Assembly (NCBI RefSeq): GCF_018350175.1
Contig: NC_058368.1
Span: 50,965,815-51,029,814 of the forward strand
Direction of reading: 5' to 3'
DNA: 64,000 nt
From: Felis catus
Taxonomy: Eukaryota
Shown here: positions 38,801-51,728 of the stretch, one piece after another
Layout: each line of letters begins with the position of its first letter
Position numbering within the stretch: the first letter of the stretch is position 1
Program-made: the position numbers and the translations under genes
The notes under the pieces: generated by a model
Databases searched by the model: none
Told to the model about the DNA's origin: nothing
The model's input: only the letters and a program-made list of their open reading frames with translations

Positions 38801-38809
38801 CTTCGTCTC

Positions 38810-39010
38810 ACAGGATCTGGGCTCTCCCTCCCAGTAGCAAAATGGCTGCAGCAGTGTCAGCCCTCACATCTCCTCCCTCTACCATCCAGAGGAAGAGAAG
38901 GTCTCTTCTAGAATTCACACTCTCATTGGCCTGATGGTGTCACATGCTCTTCCCATGTGGACAGGGAGACTGGGATATGCCAATGAGACTAAGCCTAACA
39001 GAGCCACCTG
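38810..39010 (-). mobile_element. Old MLT1 LTR fragment
   Basis: GCAAAATGGCTGCAGCAG...CTCTCATTGGCC...GTCACATGC. Confidence 0.55.
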
Positions 39011-41870
39011 AATAGGTAACTGGAGGCAGGGTCAATGTCACCGAAACTTCCTGGCTGAAAATGGAGGTAGTAGGAAAAGGGAGATAATGGATCCTGGAGA
39101 AGTGGCCTTCTCTGAAATGTCTACCATAGTATTCATCAACCAGAAAAAGCAGCACAGAAAATTTCTCCAATGGCACCATTATAAACATCCTCCAACTTGA
39201 AACTATTAACTCTTATTGGCACTATTTGTTCTGGAACAGTATGTCCTCCAGCAATTACTTTTTAAACAAAAGTCAAATTTTTATTCTATCCTTTGTTCCC
39301 CAGAATCAATTTCTCCCAGAGACAAAGGTAGATTTGTAACACATGCTGGGCACTCTCAGGAACACAGGTGATAATACTTTATCGGAAAATTTGATAGTGC
39401 AGAACCAGAACTACCTTATACCTTTCGATTAGAGGAAAAGGATGATTTCAAATAAGAAGATTCTTTCTACCTAGTCGTCTTTTATGCATGTGTTATTTCA
39501 CCCCTGAGTTAAGGAGTTAGTGCTTTGCTTACACACAAGCAAAGCACACAACTGAAATCAAGAACTGTATGAGTCCTTATGAAGTACTCAGAACTATCTC
39601 TGCTTTTATTCTAAACAGATAATTAGCTACCCAATTTCAAAGATGTTCTCAAATGAAGATGCCACCGTGTTCCTCGGGAACACATTTTAAAGTTTAATGA
39701 TCTTTACTATCAGCAGGAGACCCGTATTGAAACTACCATTGAATTCAATTTAATACAATGAATATTTGTTGACTATGGAGTACCTACTACGTGACCATCC
39801 TGAGGCTCCCACCCGTGTCTCAGCAGAAAACATCCTCCCCATTAGCCTTCACAAACCAGAAGACCAGGGCCAGCTGTCCACAAGTTAATCAACATATACG
39901 CATTTGAGTAGCCGTGCTAGGAAAAGTGACACGCAAACAAGCGTAAACATTGTCTTCAACCTCACCTCCCCAGGATACTTGTTTGCATTTCATTTTCCTG
40001 GTCCTCCTGTTTCCATGGCTTTCCTCTGAACCTCCTGCTGGTTTTCCACTGCTGTGATAAATAGATATCTCACAATTGAACTCGGAAGCAACCAAATGGA
40101 TCCTAGGAAAAAAAAACAGTGGCTTATTTGGGGAAACAGATTCCCAACCACAACCCTTTTACATTAAGTTGTGCTTAAATGCAAAAGAAAAATAAATACA
40201 AAACACTGAAAGAGTAAACATAACAGATATCAACTAATAATCCAGGGAGCAACACTCCATATCATTAGTACCAGGCATGACTACTCTGATAAAGCCCTCA
40301 GCTCACACCAGCTGTCCATAATCAGAATAGACTAGCAACCATTCCCAGGCCTACAGTGGGCACACAAGCTGCTGAGAAGGGCTGATTCTATCAAAGCCTA
40401 AGCAGCTCCAAAGTTCATTCGGTTCTGCTCCTGGACAAGCTTCAAAACCATTTTAGACCTCTCCAAGGGGCGGTAAAGCTCCAGAGCAGGTGTATTAGGG
40501 AGTGATTGAAGTCATCTCATTTAATGCGAGAATCCCTTTACAACCATGGCCAGCCATTGATCCAGCACGGCGGAGCCGGGCAGGGCCGCGCCTGTGACCT
40601 TGGCCATGTTCCCAGTACTGGGAAGCCGTCCCCACCACAGTGTGTCCAACCCTCCTTCCGGTGACAGGGCTTCAAACAGAGGAAGACCGCTCTCATGGTC
40701 CCTAAGTCACAGCTCCCGCTGTCTTCTTCATAGAATATCTGACAGGCTGCATACAGTTTGCATCTCTCTCTCCTTGTCACTTTGGCTAAGCAAGGTCTGT
40801 GATACAAAATCTAGACTTTTTGCAAAAACTTACCTACTTCCTTTTCTGTCATATTCCTTGTGTGAAAGGTGTTTATATTTACTTTGTACTCACTCCGAGT
40901 TGAACGAGTGAGTGAACCAGTATACATCATAAGAAGTCTTTAACCTGAGGATGTCCTTTTCGTCATGAATCAACATTTATGCTGCTTTGTGCCTATTTAA
41001 ACTATGCTCTGCCCATTTCCTCTTCCTTTGAGTCTCTCTGTATTTAGTCTTCTCCACTCAGCCCTTCTTGCCCTGTGGATTAAGGTCAGGTAGCAAATGC
41101 CTCTCTTCTACATCATCTAATTGATCGTGCTGGTGTGACATTTCAATCTCTGCTTCATCGGGAGAAGCAGCTTCATGTGACATGGCAATGCTGTGGGGGA
41201 AAAAACAGAAATAGAGAAAGCCTATTAACCTTCAGAAAATGATAGTACATTTTGTGCTTCTTTTACCACCTGATTATTTTCTAAGCAGTAAAACTTTCAA
41301 TTCATTAAGCCCTAGGTGGGTAAGTGATGCTTTATCCAACAGAGAACATGAGATACCACTTTTAAGTGATTTTCTGACATTCACACACACTGGGAGAGAT
41401 TGGACTGATGACCAACTATGAAAACCACAGACCTGAGTTCCCAACACCGAGGTGCTCCGTCTACACGTTTCGACATTGACATTTACGCAAAGAACAGCAA
41501 CGTGTAACCGCAAAAGGCAAAATTCAGACCTCATCTGAAAGACCTGGGATTATAACCCAAAGTACCCAATATAGACTCAGTTTCTACTGTGTGTGGCAGC
41601 TTTACTTAACTCACTTATCCTTACAAACATCCTGTCAACATCTGGAAGATGGGCTCCATTTTACAGGTGAGATCCTTGAGGTGTGGACACCTGTGACTTG
41701 TTGGAGCTTACGTGTGCAATGGAACTAAATTAAAAACAAATCGGTCACTGAATCAGCATAACACATCAAGTGTTTCTCATAATCCCTCCTCTCTGAGATC
41801 TAATATTACAAAATGAACTTCTGCTTTTACCTACCCGAGATTTTGACAAGCAATTAAAAGCAATAATCAC

Positions 41871-42113
41871 GGGGCGGGCTGGGTGGCTCAGCGGGTTAAG
41901 CGTCCGACATCCGACGTCAGCTCATGGTCTCGTGGTTCAGGACTTTCGAGCCCTGCTTCAGACTCTGTGCTGACAGCTCGAGCCTGGAGCCTGCTTCGGA
42001 GTCTGTGTCTCCCTCTCTCCCTGGCCCTCCCCTACTTACACTCTGTCTCTGACTCTCTCAAAGATTAAACATTTTTTAAAAAAATTTTTTTAAAGAAAAA
42101 AGAAAAGAAAAGA
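41871..42113 (+). mobile_element. Diverged felid CAN-SINE
   Basis: Head GGGGCGGGCTGGGTGGCTCAG; GCTGACAGCTCGAGCCTGGAGCCTGCTTCGGA; A-rich tail. Confidence 0.92.
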
Positions 42114-42459
42114 AACAGGGGAATAAGGATTCCAAGAAGGCTGCCAACATATGCTCTGAAGGATAGGTCATGAGGACACTGCCTTGCAGCCAGCCCTGAC
42201 CTGGGCCTCAGTGGCTTGAGGGCAAGAGAGAAGCCATCATGTTCTGCTCTTCATGCAGGAACGCACCACAGGGCTGTCGTAGCATCTGCTGGTGGCCACC
42301 GGTCCGGCCGCTGCTCGCTGCAGAGACCTGACTCCAAAGACCTCTCTCCACTGCGAATATAGGACCATCCGAAATATGGAAGCCCCAAGACAGTATCCAA
42401 TTTTCCGGTATCTCTGGGTTGAGGTATGAAAGCCCATTCTTTTAAAAATGTACCAGGGA

Positions 42460-42682
42460 GGGGCGCCTGGGTGGCGCAGTCGGTTGAGCGTCCGACTTCA
42501 GCCAGGTCACGATCTCGCGGTCCGTAAGTTCGAGCCCCGCGTCGGGCTCTGGGCTGATGGCTCAGAGCCTGGAGCCTGTTTCCGATTCTGTGTCTCCCTC
42601 TCTCTCTGCCCCTCCCCCATTCATGCTCTGTCTCTCTCTGTCCCAAAAATAAATAAACGTTGAAAAAAAAATTAAAAAAAAA
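42460..42682 (+). mobile_element. Young felid CAN-SINE
   Basis: TSD AAAAATGT(A/T)CCAGGGA at 42444-42459 and 42683-42698. Confidence 0.96.
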
Positions 42683-43436
42683 AAAAATGTTCCAGGGAGA
42701 GGGAGAGACATTTTTTTTTCTTTCTGGTTTTCTGAGAGGATTGAGAAGTTTCTCTCTGAAATTTTTGTCAAAAAAAAAAAAAAAAAAGATGAAGAGGAGG
42801 AAATCCTTGGGGTGGGGATGCTATTGTCCTTCTGAAATTCTGTGGGTGGTTTCGAACCTTCACACCACTTGCTCCCGTATTGATCACATGAACATCGTGA
42901 ACCTTTTTTAGGTAATCAAGCACAGAACAATTTTCTAATCTGTGCTTTGCCATTTTCTTTATAATTGTAGGCTAGTGACATATGTTCTCTCATCTGTAAA
43001 ATGGTGATAATATTAGCCTACTCCAGGGAGATTTTGTGAGAATCATAGAAGAAAAGCCTTTAAACCCAGTTATAGCAACCACCCCCATAGACAAAAGTTG
43101 CTAAGGGATTGGGGAGTGGTGGGAGGGAGCACAAAGGGAGTAGGATGATAGGAGGAAACTCCGAGAAAGCAGCCCAGCCCACTTCTCCCCCAGCGATAGC
43201 ATCCCAGCTTATTTTCCCCTAATACAAACTCTCTTTTACGATCTCGGTCTTCTGACCCAGCAGTTTCTCCATCAGACCTCCTCCAGGTCCCAGAGACTAT
43301 TATTTCCACATTAAGTGCCCTTGCTGAAGATTTTGTTTGAGATTCTCACATTTCTATATATGCCTTGCTGCTTTCCAGACTACACAAAATATGCTAATGC
43401 CACGGTTAAAGATCCTTTCATTAAGAAAATTATAGT

Positions 43437-43659
43437 GGGGCGCCTGGGTGGCGCAGTGGGTTAAGCGTCCGACTTCAGCCAGGTCACGATCTCGCGGTCC
43501 GTGAGTTCGAGCCCCGCGTGGGGCTCTGGGCTGATGGCTCAGAGCCTGGAGCCTGTTTCCGATTCTGTGTCTCCCTCTCTCTCTGCCCCTCGCCCGTTCA
43601 TGCTCTGTGTCTCTCTGTCCCAAAAATAAATAAACATTGAAAAAAAAAAAGAAAAAAAA
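43437..43659 (+). mobile_element. Young felid CAN-SINE
   Basis: Perfect TSD AAGAAAATTATAGT at 43423-43436 and 43660-43673. Confidence 0.96.
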
Positions 43660-43948
43660 AAGAAAATTATAGTAACGTGGAATCTGTTGATTTTTCACCT
43701 TGGGCATCAATTATATTACTGTCCATTTCCTGTTTCAGTTTTACAATGGTTGACAAGCTCCTAAGCCCCATATCAGTAGTAAAGGCAAAGCTGGTCTACA
43801 GGGCTGACCATCTGGTAATTCCTTTACAGCCAGCCAGCCTCAGAGGTAAAAGTATTATCCAACATTGGAGAGCTAAGGAAAACAAAACAAACCTCTGAAC
43901 CCCAATATGGCAGAATTTTGAAAAAATAAAACCACACCTTGGTTGGAT

Positions 43949-44161
43949 CCTTTTTTTAATGTTTATTTATTTTTGAGACAGAGAGAGACAGAATTTGAGC
44001 AGGGCAGGGAGTGGGGGGTGGGGGGCGCAGAGAATCCGAAGCAGGCTCCAGGCTCTGACCTGTCAGCACAGAGCCCATCACAGGGCTCAAACCCACGAAC
44101 CATGAGATCGTGACCTGAGCCAAAGTCGGACACTTAACCGACTGAGCCACCCAGGCGCCCC
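43949..44161 (-). mobile_element. Felid CAN-SINE
   Basis: TSD TTGGTTGGAT at 43939-43948 and 44162-44171. Confidence 0.95.
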
Positions 44162-44190
44162 TTGGTTGGATTTAAAAGGAAATTACCTAA

Positions 44191-44422
44191 GGGAGCCTGA
44201 GTGGCTCAGTCAATTAAGCATCCGACTCCATTCAGCTCAGGTCATGATCTCACAGTTCCTGAGATCAAGCCCAGTGTTAGGCCCCACCCGGAGAGTTTGG
44301 AGCCTGCTTAGGATTTTTCTCTCCTCTCTCTCTCTGCCTGTCCCCCTGCTGTGCACACACACTCTTTCTCTCTCTCTCTCTTAAAATAAATAAACATTTT
44401 TAAAAAGAAAAAGAAAAAAATG
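44191..44422 (+). mobile_element. CAN-SINE, older subfamily
   Basis: Degenerate TSD AAAAGGAAATTACCTAA (44174-44190) and AAAAGAAATCACCTAA (44423-44438). Confidence 0.92.
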
Positions 44423-44703
44423 AAAAGAAATCACCTAAAGAAAAGAATATTTCTTTCGGTCCACTCAAATTAATAACATCTAACTACTGAAAGCACTTAG
44501 TTTGCAGTGAATGTGTATCAGTGATTATAGGTCAAGCCATTAACAGAAACTCAGGATTCAAATGTAACAACTTAGAATTTGCTTTTTTTTTTTTTACCAT
44601 AAATGTCAGTGTTTTCATAGAAACAAAAACAAGACAAACAAAACAAACGTCAGGGTTTTCAAACTATTGGAATATGTTTTAATAGAAATCGCTCTAAAAA
44701 AAG

Positions 44704-44774
44704 TTAACTGTATTTGTATATGAATTGAATGTGTATTAGGGGAATTAACTGTATTTGTATATGAATTGAATGTG
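44704..44774. repeat. Perfect 30-bp direct repeat with 11-bp spacer
   Basis: TTAACTGTATTTGTATATGAATTGAATGTG at 44704-44733 and 44745-44774. Confidence 0.97.
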
Positions 44775-45554
44775 ATTACCCCACTTTTTAATTAAATTTT
44801 AGTATCTATGGTGAATTTGATCAAGATTTTTAACCATAAATATAGCTAAATAACAACTATTTCTAGAAACAAACCCAAGACAAAAGATATACTCCTCAAG
44901 TACAAAATCTGGTAATTTTTTAGTTTAGCTTTGCAAGCCTCAAAAAATGACCTAGACTGGATAATTATATATTCATTCCCCTCTTCCTTTCCAACTACCT
45001 ACCTGCCTTGTGTCACAAGCCAGACTCTTCTACACTTGTGACCCTTTTCCTTTCAAAAGACCGGTGGTCCTACAGTAATTTCAACCCCTCCCTCTCTCTG
45101 CATTTCCATCCACCTTTTCAACAAGTATCAAATTAATGATCTGTTCATCTCTAAGTCACCATTGAGGCACCCCATAAATCAACAGATGTGCTTTTGATTC
45201 AATACATTACCCTCTCTCCTTCTCTGCTAGATGTAAAAAAGAAATCATTCAGACTAGGGAAATTATTTCCAGAAGAGAATCATCAAAACGGTGTTTCGCA
45301 GCATTCAAAGTCCACATCAAGTCTGTAAAACTTTGGTGTTAAAGTATTGGTTAAGTGCTACCATTGCAAGATACTATTTAAAAGTAGCATAGTCCTATGT
45401 ATATACACAAATGCATATAATATGTGTATTATAATATAATATATTATGCATTACTTGCATATGCATATACAATAACTTAAATCAAATGTAAAGACACAAA
45501 TATAAACGATGGCAGTAGAGATTTACATGCGTGTGTATTTAATATTTTTGGCAG

Positions 45555-45995
45555 CTCAGTATTCCCATCTCCTTCCTGTAGGACACACATTTTCTTTTGG
45601 AGAATTACTTCTTTCTCATTATATTGTATTGGCAGAACAGTAAATCCAGTGCCTCAATCCCACTGAGAATGTCACATTAACCAGCTTTCCCCACACTTCC
45701 TTGGAAAAGCCAGAGGCCCAGAATATCAGCTGTTGTCTTCTAGGATTTGCATCTTATGTGAGAGACACTGAGATGGAAGAAGCTGTTGGAATTCCATAGT
45801 TCTCACCCATGGTGCCTGGACATGATTGTTCCTGGTCTGGAAACGCTCCCAGCACCCAGAGCAGCCTTAAGTAATGACTTACCAAGCCTGAGTCTCAGCT
45901 TTCCAGTTGATGTGCTGAGTTCCTGATAAATTTCCCTTCTTAAATTGTCCAAAGTCATCTTCTGTTGTCTGCAACCCAAGGACCCCAATCATTAC
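45555..45995 (+). mobile_element. Old MLT1 (K/L-like) LTR
   Basis: 3' end TCTGTTGTCTGCAACCCAAGGACCCCAATCATTACA resembles MLT1 terminus; left edge uncertain. Confidence 0.55.
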
Positions 45996-46174
45996 AGTTA
46001 CAAAACAAACACTGAGTAAGAACACACATTAAATATATTATTTACATTTGGGGTGATTAGTATATATGTATAGATGCATTTTGTTGATCAATGAGTAAAG
46101 AGGATCAGGGAAGTTGAATTTTCAGGCAGGAAGGTTGTCATGAGCTCTCTCCAGGAGAATAAAAGCTGAGAAAA

Positions 46175-46176
<2 letters not shown>

Positions 46177-46240
<64 letters not shown>

Positions 46241-46244
46241 TGTG
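46177..46244. repeat. (TC)23(TG)11 compound microsatellite
   Basis: Seen directly. Confidence 0.97.
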
Positions 46245-47422
46245 TTTCAGATACCATACATATATATAACCAGTGGTATGTTCTGAAATTTTATTAATAC
46301 CTTCAATGGAACAACAATTAAAGTTGGCAGCAAGGATGTTCAGTGAGAACTCCACTAGCAAAAAAGTCAGTTGCCTTTCTGTGTTGAAAAATTCTGTATT
46401 TTATGCAGCCAGTTAAAAGAACATCTCATCCAACTATTCAATATATGTGAGTTTATTGTGCACAAATGGCTACGGATATTTATCATCCGCCCTTTGCGAT
46501 CTTTTTTAACAGCTACTAACTATCCTGATGCGCCCATATCACCCCGTTAGGAGATTTCTTCGCTTTGTTGATGCAGAGCATTAACTTAATGTTGCAGAAT
46601 TTAAGGTCTTCTCTTTTATAAACTTATCATATCCTTTTTCTCCCTGTGCAATTAAGTCTGGTTTAATTATCTCCCAGAAATCAGTAAAGGTACTGTTTTT
46701 GCCTTTGCTTGCCCTTAATCCTTATCTGATTAAAGTGTCACACTCTTAATTGGGCTGTGTGTACCTCAGCCTCTTCAATTCCAAATATCGAGGGTGGCAG
46801 CGGGACCCCTAGGACTGGCAAACGGCTCACAGATAAGCAGCAAATGCGAGTAGTGCACAAAATACCAGTCCCTCTTCTTGGTGCCACCCTGCACTGCCAC
46901 ACCCCCCCCCCCCCCCCGCACCTCTTCTCTTTCGCCCGTCCAGCAAGGAAAGAGGAGAGATTTTCAGAAATGGAGAGGGTGTTTGACACCTATTACTCTC
47001 TGTTCAACAGGCTGGAATCTTTTCAATCTTGCAAGTCTTTGAAAAGAGTTCAAGTGCTATTTGATTGAAGCCTTGCAGTACTGACAAGACAGGGCTCGCT
47101 AAAAACCTCAGCACCTGAAAAGGAAAAAGAAAAACATAGGCCCCTCTCAACACATATTTTTTAAGAAAGTATGGATATCATTGTGATCCTTTTACCAGTG
47201 AGTGAACTTTGAAGATGCCAACAGAGAGAAGGGGGGAGGAAGGAGGAATGAGAAGGAGAGGGTAGGGGCAGGGAGAGAGAGAATTTCTCTTGCGTCCAAG
47301 TGGGAACAATATTCCATCAAAGTTCTTTTCCCACCAGTAGGTATATCCGGGGCCTCCATGACAAAAGGCACAACTGTGACATAAAGTTGGTGGAGGAGAT
47401 GACTGGTTTCAACATTACCCTC

Positions 47423-47869
47423 AGAGCTGGTTTCCTGTGGGGCCATCATAACAAAGCACCACAAAATGGGTAGCTTAAAACAACAGACATTTTTTCTCTC
47501 AGTGTGGAGGCTGGAAGTCTGAAGTCAAGGTGTTGGCAGGGCTGGTTCCTTCTGGAAGCTCTGAGGGAGAATCCATCCCAAGCCTTTCTCCTCACTTGCC
47601 AACAGCCCCTGGCATTCTGTGGCTCACAGCTGATTCATTCCAATCTGTGCCTCTGTCATCACATAGCACTCTCCCTGTGTGTCTATGTGCACAAATGTGC
47701 TTCTTCTTACAAGCACACCAGTGAATTAGGACCCACTGTAATCCAGGATGACCTCAACTGAACTTGACTACATAAGCAAAGGCCTTATTTCCAAATAAAG
47801 CCACATTCACAGGTACTAGAAGTTAGGTTTCAACATATCTCTTTGGGAAACACAAATGAACCCACAATA
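47423..47869 (-). mobile_element. MLT1B/C-type MaLR solo LTR
   Basis: ATAACAAAGCACCACAAAATGGGTAGCTTAAAACAACAG, GGAGGCTGGAAGTCTGAAGTCAAGGTGTTGGCAGGG, TATTTCCAAATAAAGCCACATTCACAGGTACT. Confidence 0.9.
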
Positions 47870-49639
47870 CCCTCCAAAAAGAAGGTAACCTTATGCTATT
47901 TCCAAGCTATTCCGTGTTCATCTTTGTATGTTCAACCGTTTCTAGAACCCACAATGGTCCACAGTCAGTGGTAACTACTTATGATGTGCGCTTGCATGGG
48001 TGTGCTGCCATAATTTAATTTAAACGTTATAGAGTAGAGGACGACGTACTGTGAATAAGAGGTAAGGAACATAATTCATCTGGATCCAAATAAAGGTGTT
48101 TGTTCACTAGAACCCATAAGAATTTTTGCCTTGTGGGTATATCAGAGGAGTTCAGGGCAATCAATCAGTCTACCAAAGTGGACACTACCGGGGCAAACTG
48201 GTGAGCAGTGTGGGGGTGGAGAAGAATGTTATACACACAGGAGGCATGATTATCCTGTGACAGAAACTGCACTGTTACTGTTATGCTGTTCTGAGACTCT
48301 CAATCTCTTCCAGTGTGCCATCAAATCTATTGATGCCAAACACCTTAAGAACCTCTGTTTTCAATTGGAAGTGTAGATCAAATGTTCCAATGTCATCATC
48401 TCTCCCACTAAATAATATCTTCGTAATTTACCTATTGCTTAACTCAGTTGCATTGTCTGAAAACAAAAATCTCAGACTTAAAAGGGAAATTATTTGTGGC
48501 AGCTGAGAACTTTTTCAGATTTATCCAGTGATTTGTTTAATGGTTATAGGAAAATGGACCCCACTCAGGGCTTGGATAAAATCACCCAAATTCACCAGAA
48601 AAACATTGTTCTCAAGAATATACATCTCAAGGATACATCTACAGCTTCTAAAGAGCCCCTAGGAGGATCTTCCCAGGATACAACCTCCAGAAATTGTTGG
48701 GGAATCAGAAATCCCATCAACAAGGATTTGTTCTGAAGATGAGTGAAGAGAAATCTGACACAATGGAAATACTCACCCCACACAAAAGTGAAGATCTTAT
48801 AGAGATTCCTTTATCAGGTATTTTTCCAACCAAGAGAGCTAGAAGTAAGCTCAGGAAGGGCACCTGCTGGAAAAACACAAAATGAAAGGCAAAGGTACCC
48901 AATAATGTCACCTCCTTCATATCTGTCCTGGAGGGCGGCCCTGTGACTCTTCTCCCCATGGAGCTTCTGGAGAGCATGTTCCTCAATGACATTTTACATA
49001 ACATGGATGATGGAGGGGACCCAGGAGGGAGGATGTCTGCACAAATACCCTCTTAGAGGGAAAAGTTACATTCAGTGAAGGGAAATGAGGGAAAGAGTAG
49101 AGATCAAGAGAAAAGAAAAGTGTTCTGCTTTTGCCCCAATGGTCAGCTTCTCTGTCTCTCTTCCACCCTCTTCTCTAACCTGCTGACTGCTGAGTCTTAT
49201 GTGTTTGATCCTGCAGGCCAAGTGAACATTGGGTCGAAAAATGGGAGCCCAAGGCCCAGTGGCCTTCCACCCCTGTCCACAGTCCACGACAAAGCTGTGA
49301 AGAAGATGTGCCCGGTGCCCTGCTGAGACTCTGGGTCAGGTGCAGAGATTTCACCAAAAGCCAACCTATGAGACACATAAGTTTACAGAAGGGAGAAGGA
49401 CCCCAGACATGTGAACAGTGCTGAAGCTCTCTCTCCTGACCACGCCTTTACTTCTCTGTCCTTCAGAAACCTGCTCCTATTTTGCTCCACAAAATACTCT
49501 AGCCAGAACTTTCAGGCCATTTTGCTGAGGCTATACCCCAAATAACACATCCCCTCTCACAGGACACTCTAATGCTGCCAAATTAGTTGTGCTTTTCAAC
49601 ATAGAGGTGCAGCAAAGCCATCTTGGGGTCAAGACCGCT

Positions 49640-50265
49640 GGCCACATTCCTAGTCTTTCCTAGACACACACTTGGACCTCTCACATCCAGTTCCCTTGGA
49701 GCTATATAGCTACAACACTGAACTCTAACAAGGGGATTATAAGGGATGTGTACCACTCATAGGTCTGGTCCGTGGAACTTCTGTGCACAGTAATCTGTGC
49801 TCTTTCCACATCCACTGTCCTCATGCAACAAACGAAACCACTTTGGAAGCCACACAGAGAGGATGGCAGAGCCACATGGCAGAGCGACAGGGTACAAGGA
49901 GGCTGGGTCTCTGAATCACCACTATGAAACTCTGATTAAAGAACACCTTTTTGGGGGTGCCTGGGTGGCTCAGTCCATTAAGCATCCAACTCTTGGTTTT
50001 AGCTCAAGTCATGATCTCATAGTTCATGGGTTCAAGCCCCACAACAGGCTCTGCGCTGATGGCACAGAGCCTGCTTGGGATTCTTCCTCCCTCCCTCTCT
50101 CTCTCTCTCTCTCCCCCCCTTCCCCCACTCATGCTATCTCTGCCTCTCTCAAAATAAATAAACAACAACAAAAAGACACCTTTAAGGGTATTATGTAAGC
50201 AAGTAATAAACTATTATGTGTGAGCCATTATACATTCTTCACTCCAATTTGTTTATTACTGCAAT
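49640..50265 (+). mobile_element. Old MLT1 (J-like) LTR interrupted by a SINE
   Basis: GATGGCAGAGCCACA...GGCTGGGTCTCTGAATCACCAC; after the SINE, ATGTAAGCAAGTAATAAACT...GAGCCA. Confidence 0.65.
49953..50171 (+). mobile_element. CAN-SINE, older subfamily
   Basis: Flanked by AAAGAACACCTTT and AAAGACACCTTT. Confidence 0.93.
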
Positions 50266-50646
50266 GAGTCTACCTTCATTAACATGCACCTTCTTTCTGA
50301 GATGCCTACCACAGAAGCTGTGTGCTTTCTGACACTGTTTTTCACTAAAGCATTTCATTGGGCAATTGTGCTTCTTAAAACACTGCAGATGGTATAAGAA
50401 AGTCTTCCCCTATTGATAATAAAACTTTGTTAAATAATAGATGTCTATATTATCGTGCAGAGGAAACAGGGCAAGCTGTAGAGTCAGACTGAGTTTGATC
50501 TCTTTTCCACAATATTCTGCCCAGGTGATTAAATATCAACTCACTTTATCTTTCTGATCCTAAACCCTTCTGTGTAATTGGGACAACTAATTATCCCAAT
50601 TAATTATTAGGATAGAGTTGCAAAGAGTAGAGTTTAAGGAGTAGAT

Positions 50647-50867
50647 GGGGCGCCTGGGTGGCTCAGTCGGTTGAGTGTCCGATTTCGGCTCAGGTCACAA
50701 TCTCGCGGTCCGTGAGTTCGAGCCCCGCGTCCGGCTCTGGGCTGATGGCTCAGAGCCTGGAGCCTGCTTCCGATTCTGTGTCTCCCTCTCTCTCTGCCCC
50801 TCCCCCGTTCATGCTCTGTCTCTCTCTGTCTTAAAAATAAATAAACGTTAAAAAAAATTAAAAAAAA
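50647..50867 (+). mobile_element. Felid CAN-SINE inserted in a MIR
   Basis: TSD AAGGAGTAGA at 50636-50645 and 50868-50877; MIR 3' end (GGTGCCTGGTACACAGTAG) follows. Confidence 0.96.
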
Positions 50868-51489
50868 AAGGAGTAGAATCAAGGCACTTAATACGGTGCC
50901 TGGTACACAGTAGATTCTCAACAAATAGAAGCTATTCTTATCACTATTAACTATATTTACTAGTATTGACTCAATTGTACCCTTTAGGTACAGGAACAGT
51001 ATCTGATTCATCCTTTTAACTCAGCATAAGTATGAGTTCCTAGAAGACACAGGTTATATCTCATTTATCTTTGTATCCCTACATCTAAAACAGTGACGGT
51101 TACTTCTGAAGGCAAGCTACTCTTAGTATAAACATTATTATTCACTGTTACCTCCAAAGCATGGACTGCATCTATAAATCTGTCTCTGGAATCTGTAAGG
51201 GTGAACTGCACATGATAGGCCCTCGACAATAGTAATTAGTAAACTGATTTCTCCAAAAAATAAAAATAGATTAAATAAATAAATAGACTTATTTCTCTCT
51301 GGTAGGTAGTTACTGTGATTCTGGTCACGGGGACTGGTGGGAGGCAATGGTCTCTATAGAGCAGGTGGGTCTGTGAGGGCATCTGGATTCCAAGTCATTA
51401 GCATTCTGGAGTTCCCAAGCCCCCTGTACCACATATGTGGCATTTCTCCCCACAACCACCAGAACATTCTTTCAGAGTGGAGCATTCTC

Positions 51490-51728
51490 GGGGCACCTGG
51501 GTGGCTCAGTCAGTTGAGCATCCGACTTCAGCTCAGGTCACGATCTTGCAGTCCATGGTTCAAGCCCCACGTCGGGCTCTGTGCTGACAGCTCAGAGCCT
51601 GGAGCCTGCTTCGGATTCTGTATCTCCCTCTCTCTCTGCTCCTTCCCAACTCACGCTCTGTCTCTGTCTCTCAAAAATGAATAAGAACGTTAAAAAAAAA
51701 AAAAAAAAGAAAACAAAAAACAACCAAA
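51490..51728 (+). mobile_element. Felid CAN-SINE
   Basis: TSD AGCATTCTC at 51481-51489 and 51732-51740. Confidence 0.95.

Noticed and set aside
40560..40640. Small GC/CpG-rich patch with TGACCTTGG nuclear-receptor half-site
   Set aside because: Far too short for a CpG island; a single motif is not sufficient evidence
48494..49035. Protein-like + strand reading (MSEEKSDTMEILTPHK...*...MELLESMFLNDILHNMDDGG) as a possible pseudogene or viral fossil
   Set aside because: No recognisable domain, poly(A) or TSD; a tblastn/HMM hit would be needed to revive it
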